Below are positions 40,713-50,274 of a DNA stretch of 64,000 nucleotides, piece after piece (the stretch's first letter is position 1; the number at the start of each line of letters is the position of its first letter). A program made the translations under genes and the position numbers. The DNA comes from Acidimicrobiales bacterium (lineage in GTDB: Bacteria; Actinomycetota; Acidimicrobiia; Acidimicrobiales; Bin134), in assembly GCA_963667085.2 (NCBI GenBank), contig OY762975.1:655578-719577 (forward strand), written 5' to 3'. The notes beneath the pieces are model-generated. The model was not told the origin of the DNA. It saw only the letters and a list, made by a program, of their open reading frames with translations, and made no database searches.

Positions 40713-41273
40713 CTATGGGGCCCGGTCTGCCCCTCGGCGGCGGGGCCAGAAAAGCCAGGCAGCTAGAACCACGGCCACGGGGATGATCACCAACAGCGCC
40801 ACGGTGGCCCCGCTGATGCCGCCGCCGCCCGACCATTCAGCGGCCGACTCGGGAAGCCGCTCGGGTGGGGCGGCCGACGGGTCGTAGGTGAACTCCCACT
40901 CCTCTCTGACCCAGTCGCCGTCGCTGTCGTCGAGCAGTTCCCAAATCACCGTATAGGTGCCAGATTCGGTCAGCGATTCGAAGCTAGCTCGCACCAAGCG
41001 TTTGTTGATCGCCAACTCTGTCAGAGCAATGGTGCCGTCGGGGTACACCAGCGCCACTGCATTGGCCTCATGGGGCCGGATGGGCTCGCGATACGCCATC
41101 TCCACCCGATCGACCATTCCCCCCACCACCTGGTTGGGCCTTGGAGCCGACTCACGTATCTCGGCATGGGCCGCAGCAGTGTCGCTGAACACAACCAACA
41201 GCGACAACAGCAGGGCCAACACGATGGCGATCGCCACCACCAGCGCCACTGCTTTCCGGGCCCGAACCCGCAT
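40713..41273 (-). CDS. CopC-domain protein with C-terminal membrane anchor
   Basis: The signal peptide ends ...AAAH. The mature N-terminus HAEIRESAPRP resembles the CopC HAxLxxSxP element. GTYTVIWELLDDSDGD corresponds to the CopC Y.V.W...S.DGH region. One C-terminal TM. Confidence 0.55.
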   Translation of the reverse strand: MRVRARKAVALVVAIAIVLALLLSLLVVFSDTAAAHAEIRESAPRPNQVVGGMVDRVEMAYREPIRPHEANAVALVYPDGTIALTELAINKRLVRASFESLTESGTYTVIWELLDDSDGDWVREEWEFTYDPSAAPPERLPESAAEWSGGGGISGATVALLVIIPVAVVLAAWLFWPRRRGADRAP

Positions 41274-41318
41274 GTCGCAACCCTACGGCCCGACAAACCG
41301 CCCATGGTCACTGGGTGG

Positions 41319-41350
41319 GGATATGGAGCGGAAATCTCATATCCGTTTTC
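41319..41350. promoter_or_regulatory. bulged 9-bp inverted repeat followed by a T-rich tract, between the copC-like gene and binding-protein gene 2
   Basis: GGATATG(G)AG-CGGAAAT-CTCATATCC then GTTTTCTGG. It lies about 75 nt upstream of ATG 41422 and about 45 nt upstream of the copC-like start. Confidence 0.3.
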
Positions 41351-41421
41351 TGGCAACCACACTCCACGCCTGTTAGCGTCGCCGGGAGAATCGTCTACTG
41401 GTCAAACAGCAGGGGGATGTC

Positions 41422-42930
41422 ATGAGCCGCACCAAGCTGCGCACTTTTGCTATCGCGTTCATCGCGCTGCTTGCCCTGGTCGCAACAGCGTGCAGCAGTT
41501 CGGAGGATGCCGAGGAACCTCGAGCTGCCGAGCCAACGCCAACCAGCGCCCCAGCTCCTGCTGATGAGCCCGCACCCGAGCCTGAACCCGCGCCGGCCGA
41601 CGAACCTGCCGACGTACCGGCCCCCGAACCCGAGCCCGCCGATGAACCAGCGGATGAACCTGCGGACGAGCCTGTCGACGAACCGGAGCCCGAGCCGACG
41701 GCTGCTCCCACTCCGATCCCAGTGCCCGAAGGATCGACGGTGGGCATTACCGATGACACCATCAAGATCGCCGTCTTGCGCAGCGACAGCAAGTCGCTCG
41801 AGGAGGCGGGCATTCTCCCCGACACCGGCGACATCCCGCGCAACTACGAGGTCTTCGCCGAGCAGGTCAACGCCCGGGGAGGCGCGGGCGGACGCAACAT
41901 CGAAATCGTGTTCCACGCCTATCCACCGGGGGCGTCGGCCACCGACCAGCAGGCCGCCTGCATTGCAGCCACCGAGGACGATCAGGTGGCCGTCGTCCAC
42001 TTTGTGGGCGGGGTGGCGGCCGAGACCGTGCTGTGCGCCACTGAGGGCCATGAGCGGATCGCCTACATGCTGTCGGGCATCCTGCCCCAGGAGATATACA
42101 ACCGCTCCAACGGGCGGCTGTTCTCCCAGGCCATGACCACCGAGCGACTCGTGGGGGCTTGGCCTACCGTGGCGGAAGCCCAGGGCTTGCTGGAAGGCCA
42201 AACGCTCGGGCTCATGCGGGGCGACATCGGCGAGCACGAGGTGGCCGCTGGTGTGCTCAAGGGGGCGCTGGCCGACGCTGGATACGAACTCGCCGACGAG
42301 GTGGCCCTGCCCTGTCAAGGCACTTCCTGCTCTCAGGTCGACATCGGCTTGGAGCGCATGCAGGCCGCAGACGTGGACACGGTGTTCTCCCTGTTGCCCC
42401 CCTCGCCGTTCGGAATCGCGGTGTTCCTGGGCGCTCAGGCGGGCTGGGAACCGCAGTGGCTGGTCAGCGATATTGAGAATCTGGTGTATGCCTCGGTAGC
42501 CCAGGCGGTGTATCAGCGGAACGCCGATCCCACTCTCTTCTACGGCTTGTACGGCCTGAGCTACGGCCTCGACCGGCTGAGTCCCGACGAGCACACCATC
42601 GAGTGCAATGCCGTCTTCACCGAGGTCACCGGCATTTCCTACGACGCTGTCGAAAACGAAGACGCCTGGAGCGCGGTGGGCAGCACCTGCATGTTCATCA
42701 AGAACCTGGAGGCGGCAGCCAACTGGTCTCAGGAGACGTATGGCACCGTGAACCAGACCACGCTCATCCAGGGCTTCGAGACGCTCACCGACTACAAACT
42801 GGGCGACATCACCGGCTCGTGGAGCGCCACCAAGCACGACGCCCCCGACGCGATCACGCTCAAGGAGTACCGGGCCGATTGCGCCTGCTGGGTGGAGATC
42901 GACGGCGCTCGGATGCTGCTCGATCAATAG
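41422..42930 (+). CDS. LivJ-like ABC substrate-binding lipoprotein (paralogue 2) with Pro/Glu/Asp-rich tether
   Basis: Lipobox LVATAC, tether PAPADEPAPEPEPAPADEPADVPAPEPEPADEPADEPADEPVDEPEPEP, core GITDDTIKIAV...VNARGGAGGRNIEIV. Confidence 0.85.
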   Translation: MSRTKLRTFAIAFIALLALVATACSSSEDAEEPRAAEPTPTSAPAPADEPAPEPEPAPADEPADVPAPEPEPADEPADEPADEPVDEPEPEPTAAPTPIPVPEGSTVGITDDTIKIAVLRSDSKSLEEAGILPDTGDIPRNYEVFAEQVNARGGAGGRNIEIVFHAYPPGASATDQQAACIAATEDDQVAVVHFVGGVAAETVLCATEGHERIAYMLSGILPQEIYNRSNGRLFSQAMTTERLVGAWPTVAEAQGLLEGQTLGLMRGDIGEHEVAAGVLKGALADAGYELADEVALPCQGTSCSQVDIGLERMQAADVDTVFSLLPPSPFGIAVFLGAQAGWEPQWLVSDIENLVYASVAQAVYQRNADPTLFYGLYGLSYGLDRLSPDEHTIECNAVFTEVTGISYDAVENEDAWSAVGSTCMFIKNLEAAANWSQETYGTVNQTTLIQGFETLTDYKLGDITGSWSATKHDAPDAITLKEYRADCACWVEIDGARMLLDQ

Positions 42931-42973
42931 CCGAGCTCTTTTGGACTGACGGCGCTTGGAGCCATCTGAAGGG

Positions 42974-45175
42974 ATGACCGAATCCCCCAGGTCGGAGACC
43001 CCGGCGGATCTGGTCGCCAGGGTCTTCGACGAAGAGGACCGCCGCCAACAAGAGATCGCCGCCGCCGAGGCCGCCCAGCGCGGGCCGGAGGGCAGCTTCG
43101 ACGCCGAACAGCTCACGCTGCGCCAGGGCCTGCGCCGGGGCGGGAAGGGGTTGATCGGGTTCATCGGCCTGCTCGGGTTCGTGGAGACGCTGGAGACGTC
43201 GGCCTTTGCGGTGATCGCCCCCGACATCCAGGAGTCGCTCGACGTTTCCGACGGCACCATCGGCGCCATCGGGGGCGCCTTCGGCATCTTGTTCCTGCTG
43301 GGCTCCATCCCGCTGAGCTCGCTGGCCGACCGCATGCCCCGCAAGCTGGTGGTGGGGGCGGCAATGTCGCTGTGGTCTGTCGTGGTCATGGTGACCAGCG
43401 CCATTTCCAATGCGTTCTTGCTGTTCATCGCCCGTATGGGCGCCGGACTGGGGCAGTCGTACTACATCCCGGTGGCCGGGCCCATGCTGATGGACGGCTA
43501 CCCCATCGGGGCCCGGGCCAAGATCTTCGCTCTGAACGGCTGGTTCCAGATGGCCGGCCAAGCCCTGGGCCCGCTGGTGGCCGGGCTGGTCGTGCTCATC
43601 GCCACCGGCGACGACGGTTGGCGGTGGGTGTTCCTCACCATGGGGGTCATGGGCATTCCCTTGGCGATCAGCGCCTTCTTTGTGCGCGAGCCCCGGCGGG
43701 GCAGCCACGAGATGCAGGCCGTGCTCGGCCAAGAACTGGAGCAATCCGATGACGAGCTGCCCATCTCGCTGTCGGTGGCCTTTGAGCGGCTCCGCAAGAT
43801 CAAGTCGTTCTACTACTACCTAACCGGCATGGCGGCCATCGGCTTCGCCATATTCACCACCATCATCTTCATCAACCTCCATCTGGAGGAGCACTTCGGG
43901 CTGTCCGCGTTCGAGCGGGGCGTCTTTGGATCGCTCACCGTTTTGCCCGGCTTCGTGGGCGCCGCGGTGTCGGGCAAGCGGGCCGACGCCCTGTTCAAAG
44001 AGCACCCCTCCCGGGCCATGGTCTTCATCGGCATCCTCGTCGTCACCTTCGGCGCCATCCAAGTAGTGGGGATATGGATGCCCGCGGTCTGGCTGCTCGG
44101 GATATTTCTGGGGGCCTCCAACGCCTTTGCGCGGGCCGCCTTCGCCATCCTGCCGGGCGTGATCGCCTCGGTCATCCCCTACCGGCTGCGATCCCGGGGC
44201 ACCGCGCTGGTGGGCATCTACATGTTCTTGTTCGGCGCGTTTCTGGGCGCGGTGATCACCGGCATGCTCAGCGATGTCCACGGCGAGCAGACCGCGCTCA
44301 CCATCGTGATCCTGCCCGCCACGCTGGTGGGGGGATCGCTCATGGCCTACGGCTCCCGGTTCATCGAGGGTGACATTGCTTTGGTCATTGAAGAACTGCA
44401 CGAGGAGCAAGACGAGGCCGAGCGCCTGAAGGCCGCCGATGCCGCGGACATCCCGGTGCTCCAAGTGCGCAACCTGGACTTCTCCTACGGCAAGGTGCAG
44501 GTGCTGTTCGACATCGGCTTTGAGGTACGCCGAGGGGAGTCCCTGGCCTTGTTGGGCACCAACGGCGCGGGCAAGTCCACGGTGTTGCGAGTGGTGAGCG
44601 GATTGGGGGTGCCCCAACGCGGCGTGGTGCGGCTCCACGGGCGCACCATCACCTATGCCGACCCGGGGATGCGGGCCAAGATCGGCATCGTGCAGTTGGC
44701 CGGCGGCAAGGCCGTCTTCCCCGGCTTGTCGGTGGAGGAGAACCTGCGCATGGCCGGGTTCCGCTACCGCTCCGGCGAGCTCGAACCCCGCTTGGAGCGG
44801 GCCTACGACCTGTTCCCGGTGGTCGCCGAGCGCCGTTCGGCCGTGGCCGGGGAGTTCTCCGGCGGGCAGCAGCAGATGCTGTCGCTGGCCATGGCGCTCA
44901 TGCACGACCCGGAGATCTTGATGATCGACGAGCTGTCGCTGGGTTTGGCCCCGGTCACCGTGCAGTCGCTGTTGGAAGTGGTGGAGCGGCTCCGCGACGA
45001 CGGGCAGACCATGATCATCGTGGAGCAGTCGTTGAACGTGGCCCTGGCCGTGGCCGACCGGGCCATCTTCTTGGAGAAGGGGCAGATCCGCTTTGAGGGG
45101 CCGACCCAGGAGCTGGCCGAGCGGGATGACCTGGCCCGAGCCGTCTTCCTCGGACAGTCGGGATCGGGCGGCTGA
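42974..45175 (+). CDS. chimeric MFS-transporter domain + LivF-type ABC ATPase (paralogue 2)
   Basis: Same architecture as 28407-30629: MFS motif A (SSLADRMPRKL), acidic linker EELHEEQDEAERLK, and an NBD with GTNGAGKST, FSGGQQQMLSLAM, LMIDELSLGLAP. Start is ATG 42974 or TTG 42956. Confidence 0.85.
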   Translation: MTESPRSETPADLVARVFDEEDRRQQEIAAAEAAQRGPEGSFDAEQLTLRQGLRRGGKGLIGFIGLLGFVETLETSAFAVIAPDIQESLDVSDGTIGAIGGAFGILFLLGSIPLSSLADRMPRKLVVGAAMSLWSVVVMVTSAISNAFLLFIARMGAGLGQSYYIPVAGPMLMDGYPIGARAKIFALNGWFQMAGQALGPLVAGLVVLIATGDDGWRWVFLTMGVMGIPLAISAFFVREPRRGSHEMQAVLGQELEQSDDELPISLSVAFERLRKIKSFYYYLTGMAAIGFAIFTTIIFINLHLEEHFGLSAFERGVFGSLTVLPGFVGAAVSGKRADALFKEHPSRAMVFIGILVVTFGAIQVVGIWMPAVWLLGIFLGASNAFARAAFAILPGVIASVIPYRLRSRGTALVGIYMFLFGAFLGAVITGMLSDVHGEQTALTIVILPATLVGGSLMAYGSRFIEGDIALVIEELHEEQDEAERLKAADAADIPVLQVRNLDFSYGKVQVLFDIGFEVRRGESLALLGTNGAGKSTVLRVVSGLGVPQRGVVRLHGRTITYADPGMRAKIGIVQLAGGKAVFPGLSVEENLRMAGFRYRSGELEPRLERAYDLFPVVAERRSAVAGEFSGGQQQMLSLAMALMHDPEILMIDELSLGLAPVTVQSLLEVVERLRDDGQTMIIVEQSLNVALAVADRAIFLEKGQIRFEGPTQELAERDDLARAVFLGQSGSGG

Positions 45176-45177
45176 AC

Positions 45178-48108
45178 ATGCTGGCAGCCGCACACGCTGT
45201 GCTGGGCACCGTCGACACATCGCTCGGTGCAATGGGCACAGTGCTGGCGTTCACCTTCAACCGCCAGATCGTCTTCAACGGGCTGGTCACGGGGATCACC
45301 TACGGGGTGATGGCCGTGGGCCTAGTGCTGATCTTCCGGTCCTCGCGGGTGATCAACATCGCCCACGCTGAGGTAGGGGCATTCGGGGGGGCGCTTTTGG
45401 GGCTGCTGGTGGCCAAGTACGGCGTGCCCTACCCGATAGCGCTCATCGCCGGGCTGGCCTCAGGGGCTGCATTCGGCGGGATCATCGAGCTCACCGTGGT
45501 GCGGCGCCTGGCGCAGGCCCCCAAGGTGATCTTGTTCGTGGCCACCATGGGCGCCGCGCAGGTGGTGTTCCTGGCCGGATTCTGGCTGCCCAACTACACC
45601 GCCATCGCCAACTTCCCCACCCCATTCGACGGCCGCTGGGAGCTGTTCGACATCAGGATTCGCAGCGCGCAGTTGCTGGTGCTGATCGTGGTACCGGTGA
45701 TCGTGGCCGTGCTGGCGCTGTTCTTGGAGCGCACCAAGTACGGCACCGCCATCCGAGCCTCGGCCGAGAACCCCGATGCCGCCCGGCTGTCGGCCATCAG
45801 CACCAAGGCCATGTCCACCGCGGTGTGGACCATTGCCGGGTTGCTATCGGCCATCACCGCGGTGCTAGTCGCCCCGCTCAAGGGCCAGGGCACGGTGATA
45901 GAGGCGGCCACGCTGGGGCCGGGGCTGTTGCTTCGGGCCCTCGCTGCGGCGCTGATCGCCCGAATGCACTCGCTGCCTGCCGCGCTCTTGGCCGGCACGG
46001 TGATCGGCGGGGTCGAGGCGACGCTGCTGTTCAACTACTTCGACGAGCCGGGGCTGATCGACGCGGGGCTCTTTGTGGCCATGCTGGTGGCGGTGCTGTC
46101 GTACCACCGGCGACAGCGGGGCGGCGAAGGGGCTCAGTCGATGTCGTTCGCCCCCCGGGTGCGACCGGTGCCCCGCCAACTGCAACAGCTCTGGTGGGTG
46201 CGCTATCTGCCCCAGATCACCGTCACCGTTGCGCTGGCGGTGGCCATCGTGCTCCCGCTGATCGTGACCCGCCCGTCCCGCCATTTCCTCTACTCCCTCA
46301 TGCTGCTGTTGGCCATCGTGGGCATGTCGCTCACCCTGCTCACCGGCTGGGCCGGGCAGCTCTCGCTGGGGCAGTTCGCCTTCGCCGGACTGGGGGCCAT
46401 GCTCACCACCGCGATGGTGCGGGGCGTGAGCTTCTCCATCGGCGACAGCGACTTCGAGCTACCGGTGGTGCCATTCGAGGGGGCGGTGTTTCTGGCCGCC
46501 TTCGCCTGCCTGGTCACCGCGGTGGTGGTGGGATTGCCCGCGCTGCGCGTCCGGGGGCTGTTTCTGGCCGTCATCACCCTGGCCTTCGCGGTGATGGCCC
46601 AAAACTGGCTGCTCGAGCGCGACGTTCTCACCGGGGGCGACTTGGTGGTGCGCCTGCCCCGGGCCCGGTGGGGCGACACCTTCGACCTCAAGTCGCAGCG
46701 CACCTACTACTACGTGTGCCTGGCGGCGCTGTGTTTCTGCGCCATCTTGGTGAGCCGCATCCGCCGCAGCGGGGTGGGCCGGTCGCTCATCGCGGTACGC
46801 GACAACGAGCAGAGCGCGGCGGCGTTCACCGTGTCGCCCACTCGGATGAAGCTGGTGGCGTTCGCGATCTCCGGGGCGCTGGCCGGACTGGCCGGCGGGC
46901 TCATCGCCGGGCTTCGGGTGCAGTTCGGGCCCACCGCGTTCTCCCCCGATGAATCGCTGCGGGTGGTGGCCATCGCCGTCATCGGCGGACTGTCGTCGAT
47001 CTGGGGGGTGATCCTGGGCGCGCTGTGGGTGGTGGGCATCCCGTCGTTCTTCGCGGAGTCCGAGCAGGTGCGCCTGCTCACCTCGGGGGCGGGCGTCCTG
47101 ATTCTGCTCATGTATCTGCCCGGCGGGCTGATCCAGGTGGCCTATTCGATTCGCGACGCCATCTTCGCCGCCGCGGCCAAGCGGATCCCCGATACCACCG
47201 AGGAGCGGGCACCCGCCCCCATCCCTGCTCGAGCGGTTTCGGCCGCCGTGGCCGACCGGGCTACCCCGACCGGAGTGCCCGCCCTCGCCACCAGCGGCGT
47301 GTCGGTGCAGTTCGGCGGGGTGCATGCGGTGGAAGACGTCGACCTCTGTGTGCAGCCGGGGGAGGTGGTGGGCCTCATCGGCACCAACGGGGCGGGCAAG
47401 ACCACGCTGATGAACGCCGTCGGGGGGTTCGTGCCGTCGGTTGGCCAAGTGGAGATATTCGGCACCAACGTGACCCGATTCTCCCCCAGTCGCCGGGCCA
47501 GCCTGGGGCTGGGTCGCACCTTCCAGCAGGCCGACCTGTTCCCCGACCTCAGCGTGCGGGAGACCATTCAAGTAGCGCTGGAGGCCCGGGGCCGCTCCCA
47601 GGTCATCCCCACCTTGCTGGCGCTGCCCAGCGCCAAGCGCCGGGAGCGCACCCGTCAGGCCGAGGGCGACGAGCTCATCAGCTTCTTCGGTCTGGGGCGC
47701 TACGCCAGCTCGTTCATCAGCGAGCTGTCCACCGGCACCCGGCGCATCGTGGAGCTGTCGTGCCTCATCGCGCTGGAGGCCCGGGTGCTGTGCCTCGACG
47801 AGCCCACCGCCGGGGTGGCCCAGCGGGAGACCGAGGCATTCGCCCCGCTGGTGCTGCGCATCCGCGAGGAGCTGGGGGCGTCGCTGCTGGTGATCGAGCA
47901 CGACATGCCCTTCATCATGGGCATCAGCGACCGGGTGTACTGCCTGGAAGCCGGAGCCATCATCGCCGAGGGCACCCCCGATGAGGTGCGCAACGACCAG
48001 CTGGTTGTCGCCAGCTATCTGGGCACCGACGAGCGGGCCATCGCCCGCAGCGGTGCAACCGCCCTCCGTGACAGACTCGATCCCAGGGAGGAACCCAGCC
48101 ATGACTGA
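45178..48108 (+). CDS. fused LivH + LivM + LivG ABC importer polypeptide (paralogue 2)
   Basis: 976 aa, collinear with 25378-28404. NBD motifs GTNGAGKTT, LSTGTRRIVEL, LCLDEPTAGV. Starts 2 nt after the MFS-NBD stop. Confidence 0.9.
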   Translation: MLAAAHAVLGTVDTSLGAMGTVLAFTFNRQIVFNGLVTGITYGVMAVGLVLIFRSSRVINIAHAEVGAFGGALLGLLVAKYGVPYPIALIAGLASGAAFGGIIELTVVRRLAQAPKVILFVATMGAAQVVFLAGFWLPNYTAIANFPTPFDGRWELFDIRIRSAQLLVLIVVPVIVAVLALFLERTKYGTAIRASAENPDAARLSAISTKAMSTAVWTIAGLLSAITAVLVAPLKGQGTVIEAATLGPGLLLRALAAALIARMHSLPAALLAGTVIGGVEATLLFNYFDEPGLIDAGLFVAMLVAVLSYHRRQRGGEGAQSMSFAPRVRPVPRQLQQLWWVRYLPQITVTVALAVAIVLPLIVTRPSRHFLYSLMLLLAIVGMSLTLLTGWAGQLSLGQFAFAGLGAMLTTAMVRGVSFSIGDSDFELPVVPFEGAVFLAAFACLVTAVVVGLPALRVRGLFLAVITLAFAVMAQNWLLERDVLTGGDLVVRLPRARWGDTFDLKSQRTYYYVCLAALCFCAILVSRIRRSGVGRSLIAVRDNEQSAAAFTVSPTRMKLVAFAISGALAGLAGGLIAGLRVQFGPTAFSPDESLRVVAIAVIGGLSSIWGVILGALWVVGIPSFFAESEQVRLLTSGAGVLILLMYLPGGLIQVAYSIRDAIFAAAAKRIPDTTEERAPAPIPARAVSAAVADRATPTGVPALATSGVSVQFGGVHAVEDVDLCVQPGEVVGLIGTNGAGKTTLMNAVGGFVPSVGQVEIFGTNVTRFSPSRRASLGLGRTFQQADLFPDLSVRETIQVALEARGRSQVIPTLLALPSAKRRERTRQAEGDELISFFGLGRYASSFISELSTGTRRIVELSCLIALEARVLCLDEPTAGVAQRETEAFAPLVLRIREELGASLLVIEHDMPFIMGISDRVYCLEAGAIIAEGTPDEVRNDQLVVASYLGTDERAIARSGATALRDRLDPREEPSHD

Positions 48109-49393
48109 TCTGGAAAGCCGCAACTTCTTCACCGACAAGGATCTGGTGGCCAACCCCTACGAGTACTTCGACCACCTCCGCTCGCGCTGCCCGGTGCATC
48201 CCGAGCCCCACCACGACGTGATGATGATCACCGGCTACGCCGAGGCCACCGAGGTCTACTACGACAACGACGGTTTCTCGGCCTGCAACGCGGTGTCCGG
48301 ACCCTTCCCCGGCTTCCCGGTGCCGCTGGAGGGCGACGACATCGGCGAGCTCATCGCCGAGCACCGCGACAAGCTGCCCATGTCCGACCAGCTCCCCACC
48401 ATGGACCCCCCCGTCCACACCGACCACCGGGCTCTGCTCATGCGGCTCATCACCCCCAAGCGCCTGAGCGAGAACGAGGAGTTCATGTGGCGCCTTGCCG
48501 ACCGCCAACTCGACACGTTCATTGAGGAGGGCCGCTGCGAGTTCATCGCGGATTTCGCCCAGCCGTTCGCCCTGCTGGTGGTGGCTGATCTCTTGGGCGT
48601 GCCCGACGACGACCGGGACAACTTCACCGAGCAACTGCTGCGGCGGCCCAAGGAACACGGCATCGGCTCGACCGACGAGCACGCCATGGCCCACAACCCC
48701 CTGGAGTTCCTCTACGGCCAGTTCACCGCCTACATCGAAGATCGCCGGGCCAACCCCTGCGACGACGTGCTCACCGGGCTGGCCACCGCCACGTTCCCCG
48801 ACGGGTCGACCCCGGAGGTGATCGACGCGGTGCGCATCGCCGCCAACCTGTTCGCGGCCGGCACCGAAACCACTGTGCGGCTGCTCAGCACCATGCTCTA
48901 TTTCGTGGCCGAAGACCCCGAACTCCAAAATCGGATACGAGACGACCGCTCCCTGATCCCCAACTTCGTGGAGGAGTCGCTGCGCATCGAGAGCCCGATC
49001 AAGGGCGACTTCCGGCTCACCCGCCGTCCGGTGACCGTCGGCGGAGTGGATTTGGGGGCGGGCACCACGGTGATGGTTCTCAACGGGGCGGCCAACCGCG
49101 ACCCCGAGCAGTTCCCCGATCCCCACACGCTCGACATCGAGCGCGACAACGCCCGCTCGCATTTGGCCTTCGGCCGGGGCGTACACACCTGTCCCGGTGC
49201 ACCCTTGGCCCGGGCCGAGGCCCGGGTGAGCCTCAACCGCATCCTCGACCGCATGGACGACATCTGCATTTCCGAGGGTGTTCACGGGCCGCCCGGCAAC
49301 CGGCGGTTCTCCTACGTGCCGACCCACATCCTGCGGGGACTGGCCTTCCTCGGCCTCGAGTTCACCCCGGTGGACGCGCCACAAGGCGAATAA
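48101..49393 (+). CDS. cytochrome P450
   Basis: ATG 48101 overlaps the transporter stop (ATGACTGA). I-helix AAGTETT, ExxR (ESLR), heme loop FGRGVHTCPGAPLA. Confidence 0.9.
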   Translation: MTDLESRNFFTDKDLVANPYEYFDHLRSRCPVHPEPHHDVMMITGYAEATEVYYDNDGFSACNAVSGPFPGFPVPLEGDDIGELIAEHRDKLPMSDQLPTMDPPVHTDHRALLMRLITPKRLSENEEFMWRLADRQLDTFIEEGRCEFIADFAQPFALLVVADLLGVPDDDRDNFTEQLLRRPKEHGIGSTDEHAMAHNPLEFLYGQFTAYIEDRRANPCDDVLTGLATATFPDGSTPEVIDAVRIAANLFAAGTETTVRLLSTMLYFVAEDPELQNRIRDDRSLIPNFVEESLRIESPIKGDFRLTRRPVTVGGVDLGAGTTVMVLNGAANRDPEQFPDPHTLDIERDNARSHLAFGRGVHTCPGAPLARAEARVSLNRILDRMDDICISEGVHGPPGNRRFSYVPTHILRGLAFLGLEFTPVDAPQGE

Positions 49394-49427
49394 AGCAAGC
49401 ACATTGCCACCGCTGACAGAATTGGAT

Positions 49428-50198
49428 ATGGCCTCTCCCATCTGGTCCCAGCCTCGAGTTGCCATCGTGACCGGCGGCGGTGCCGGCATCGGCGAGGCGA
49501 TAAGCCTGCGGCTCGGCACCGATGGCGCGGCCGTGGCCGTGTTGGACTTCGACGGCGATACCGCAGCAAGAACCGCTTCGGCCATCGAGGCCGCGGGCGG
49601 CACCGCCGTCGCGGTGAAATGCGATGTCGCCGATCGGAGTTCGATCGAGGCCGGAGTGGCCGCGACCGTCGACAAACTGGGCCGCCCGACGATTCTGATC
49701 AACAACGCCGGGATCTCCCCCTTTGAGCGGTTCCTGGAAATCTCCCGGGAATCTTTCGACCGGGTCATTGCCGTCAACCTGCGGGGCACTTTTGAGCTCT
49801 GCCAGATCGTGATTCCCTACATGATCGAAGAGAGCTGGGGCCGGATCGTCAACATCTCCTCCTCAAGCGCCCAGACCGGGAACTTTGGGCAAACCCACTA
49901 CTCAGCATCGAAGGCCGCGGTGATCGGCCTGACGAAGTCACTGGCCCGGGAATTCGGCCGCAAGGGGATCACCGTCAACGCCATTGCCCCCAGCTTTATC
50001 GAGACGCCGTCGCTGCACCGGGCTGCCGACGAGGGCCATCTCGGCGGGGGGATCGAGGAGCACGTCCCCACCACGCCTGTGCGCCGGGTGGGCCAACCCG
50101 AGGACATCGCCGCGGCCTGCGCCTACCTCTGTCGAGACGATGCCGACTACTTCACCGGCCAATTGCTCGGCGTGAACGGGGGCCGGGTCATCGTTTGA
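49428..50198 (+). CDS. SDR-family oxidoreductase (FabG-like)
   Basis: TGGGAGIG, NNAG, and YSASKAA catalytic motif. Start trimmed to ATG 49428. Confidence 0.9.
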   Translation: MASPIWSQPRVAIVTGGGAGIGEAISLRLGTDGAAVAVLDFDGDTAARTASAIEAAGGTAVAVKCDVADRSSIEAGVAATVDKLGRPTILINNAGISPFERFLEISRESFDRVIAVNLRGTFELCQIVIPYMIEESWGRIVNISSSSAQTGNFGQTHYSASKAAVIGLTKSLAREFGRKGITVNAIAPSFIETPSLHRAADEGHLGGGIEEHVPTTPVRRVGQPEDIAAACAYLCRDDADYFTGQLLGVNGGRVIV

Positions 50199-50274
50199 CC
50201 TCGGAATTGGGCATGGCAATCCTCCGAACCGCCGATTGTCACCGGTGGGGCGTATCGTGCAGGAAGTGCATGCG

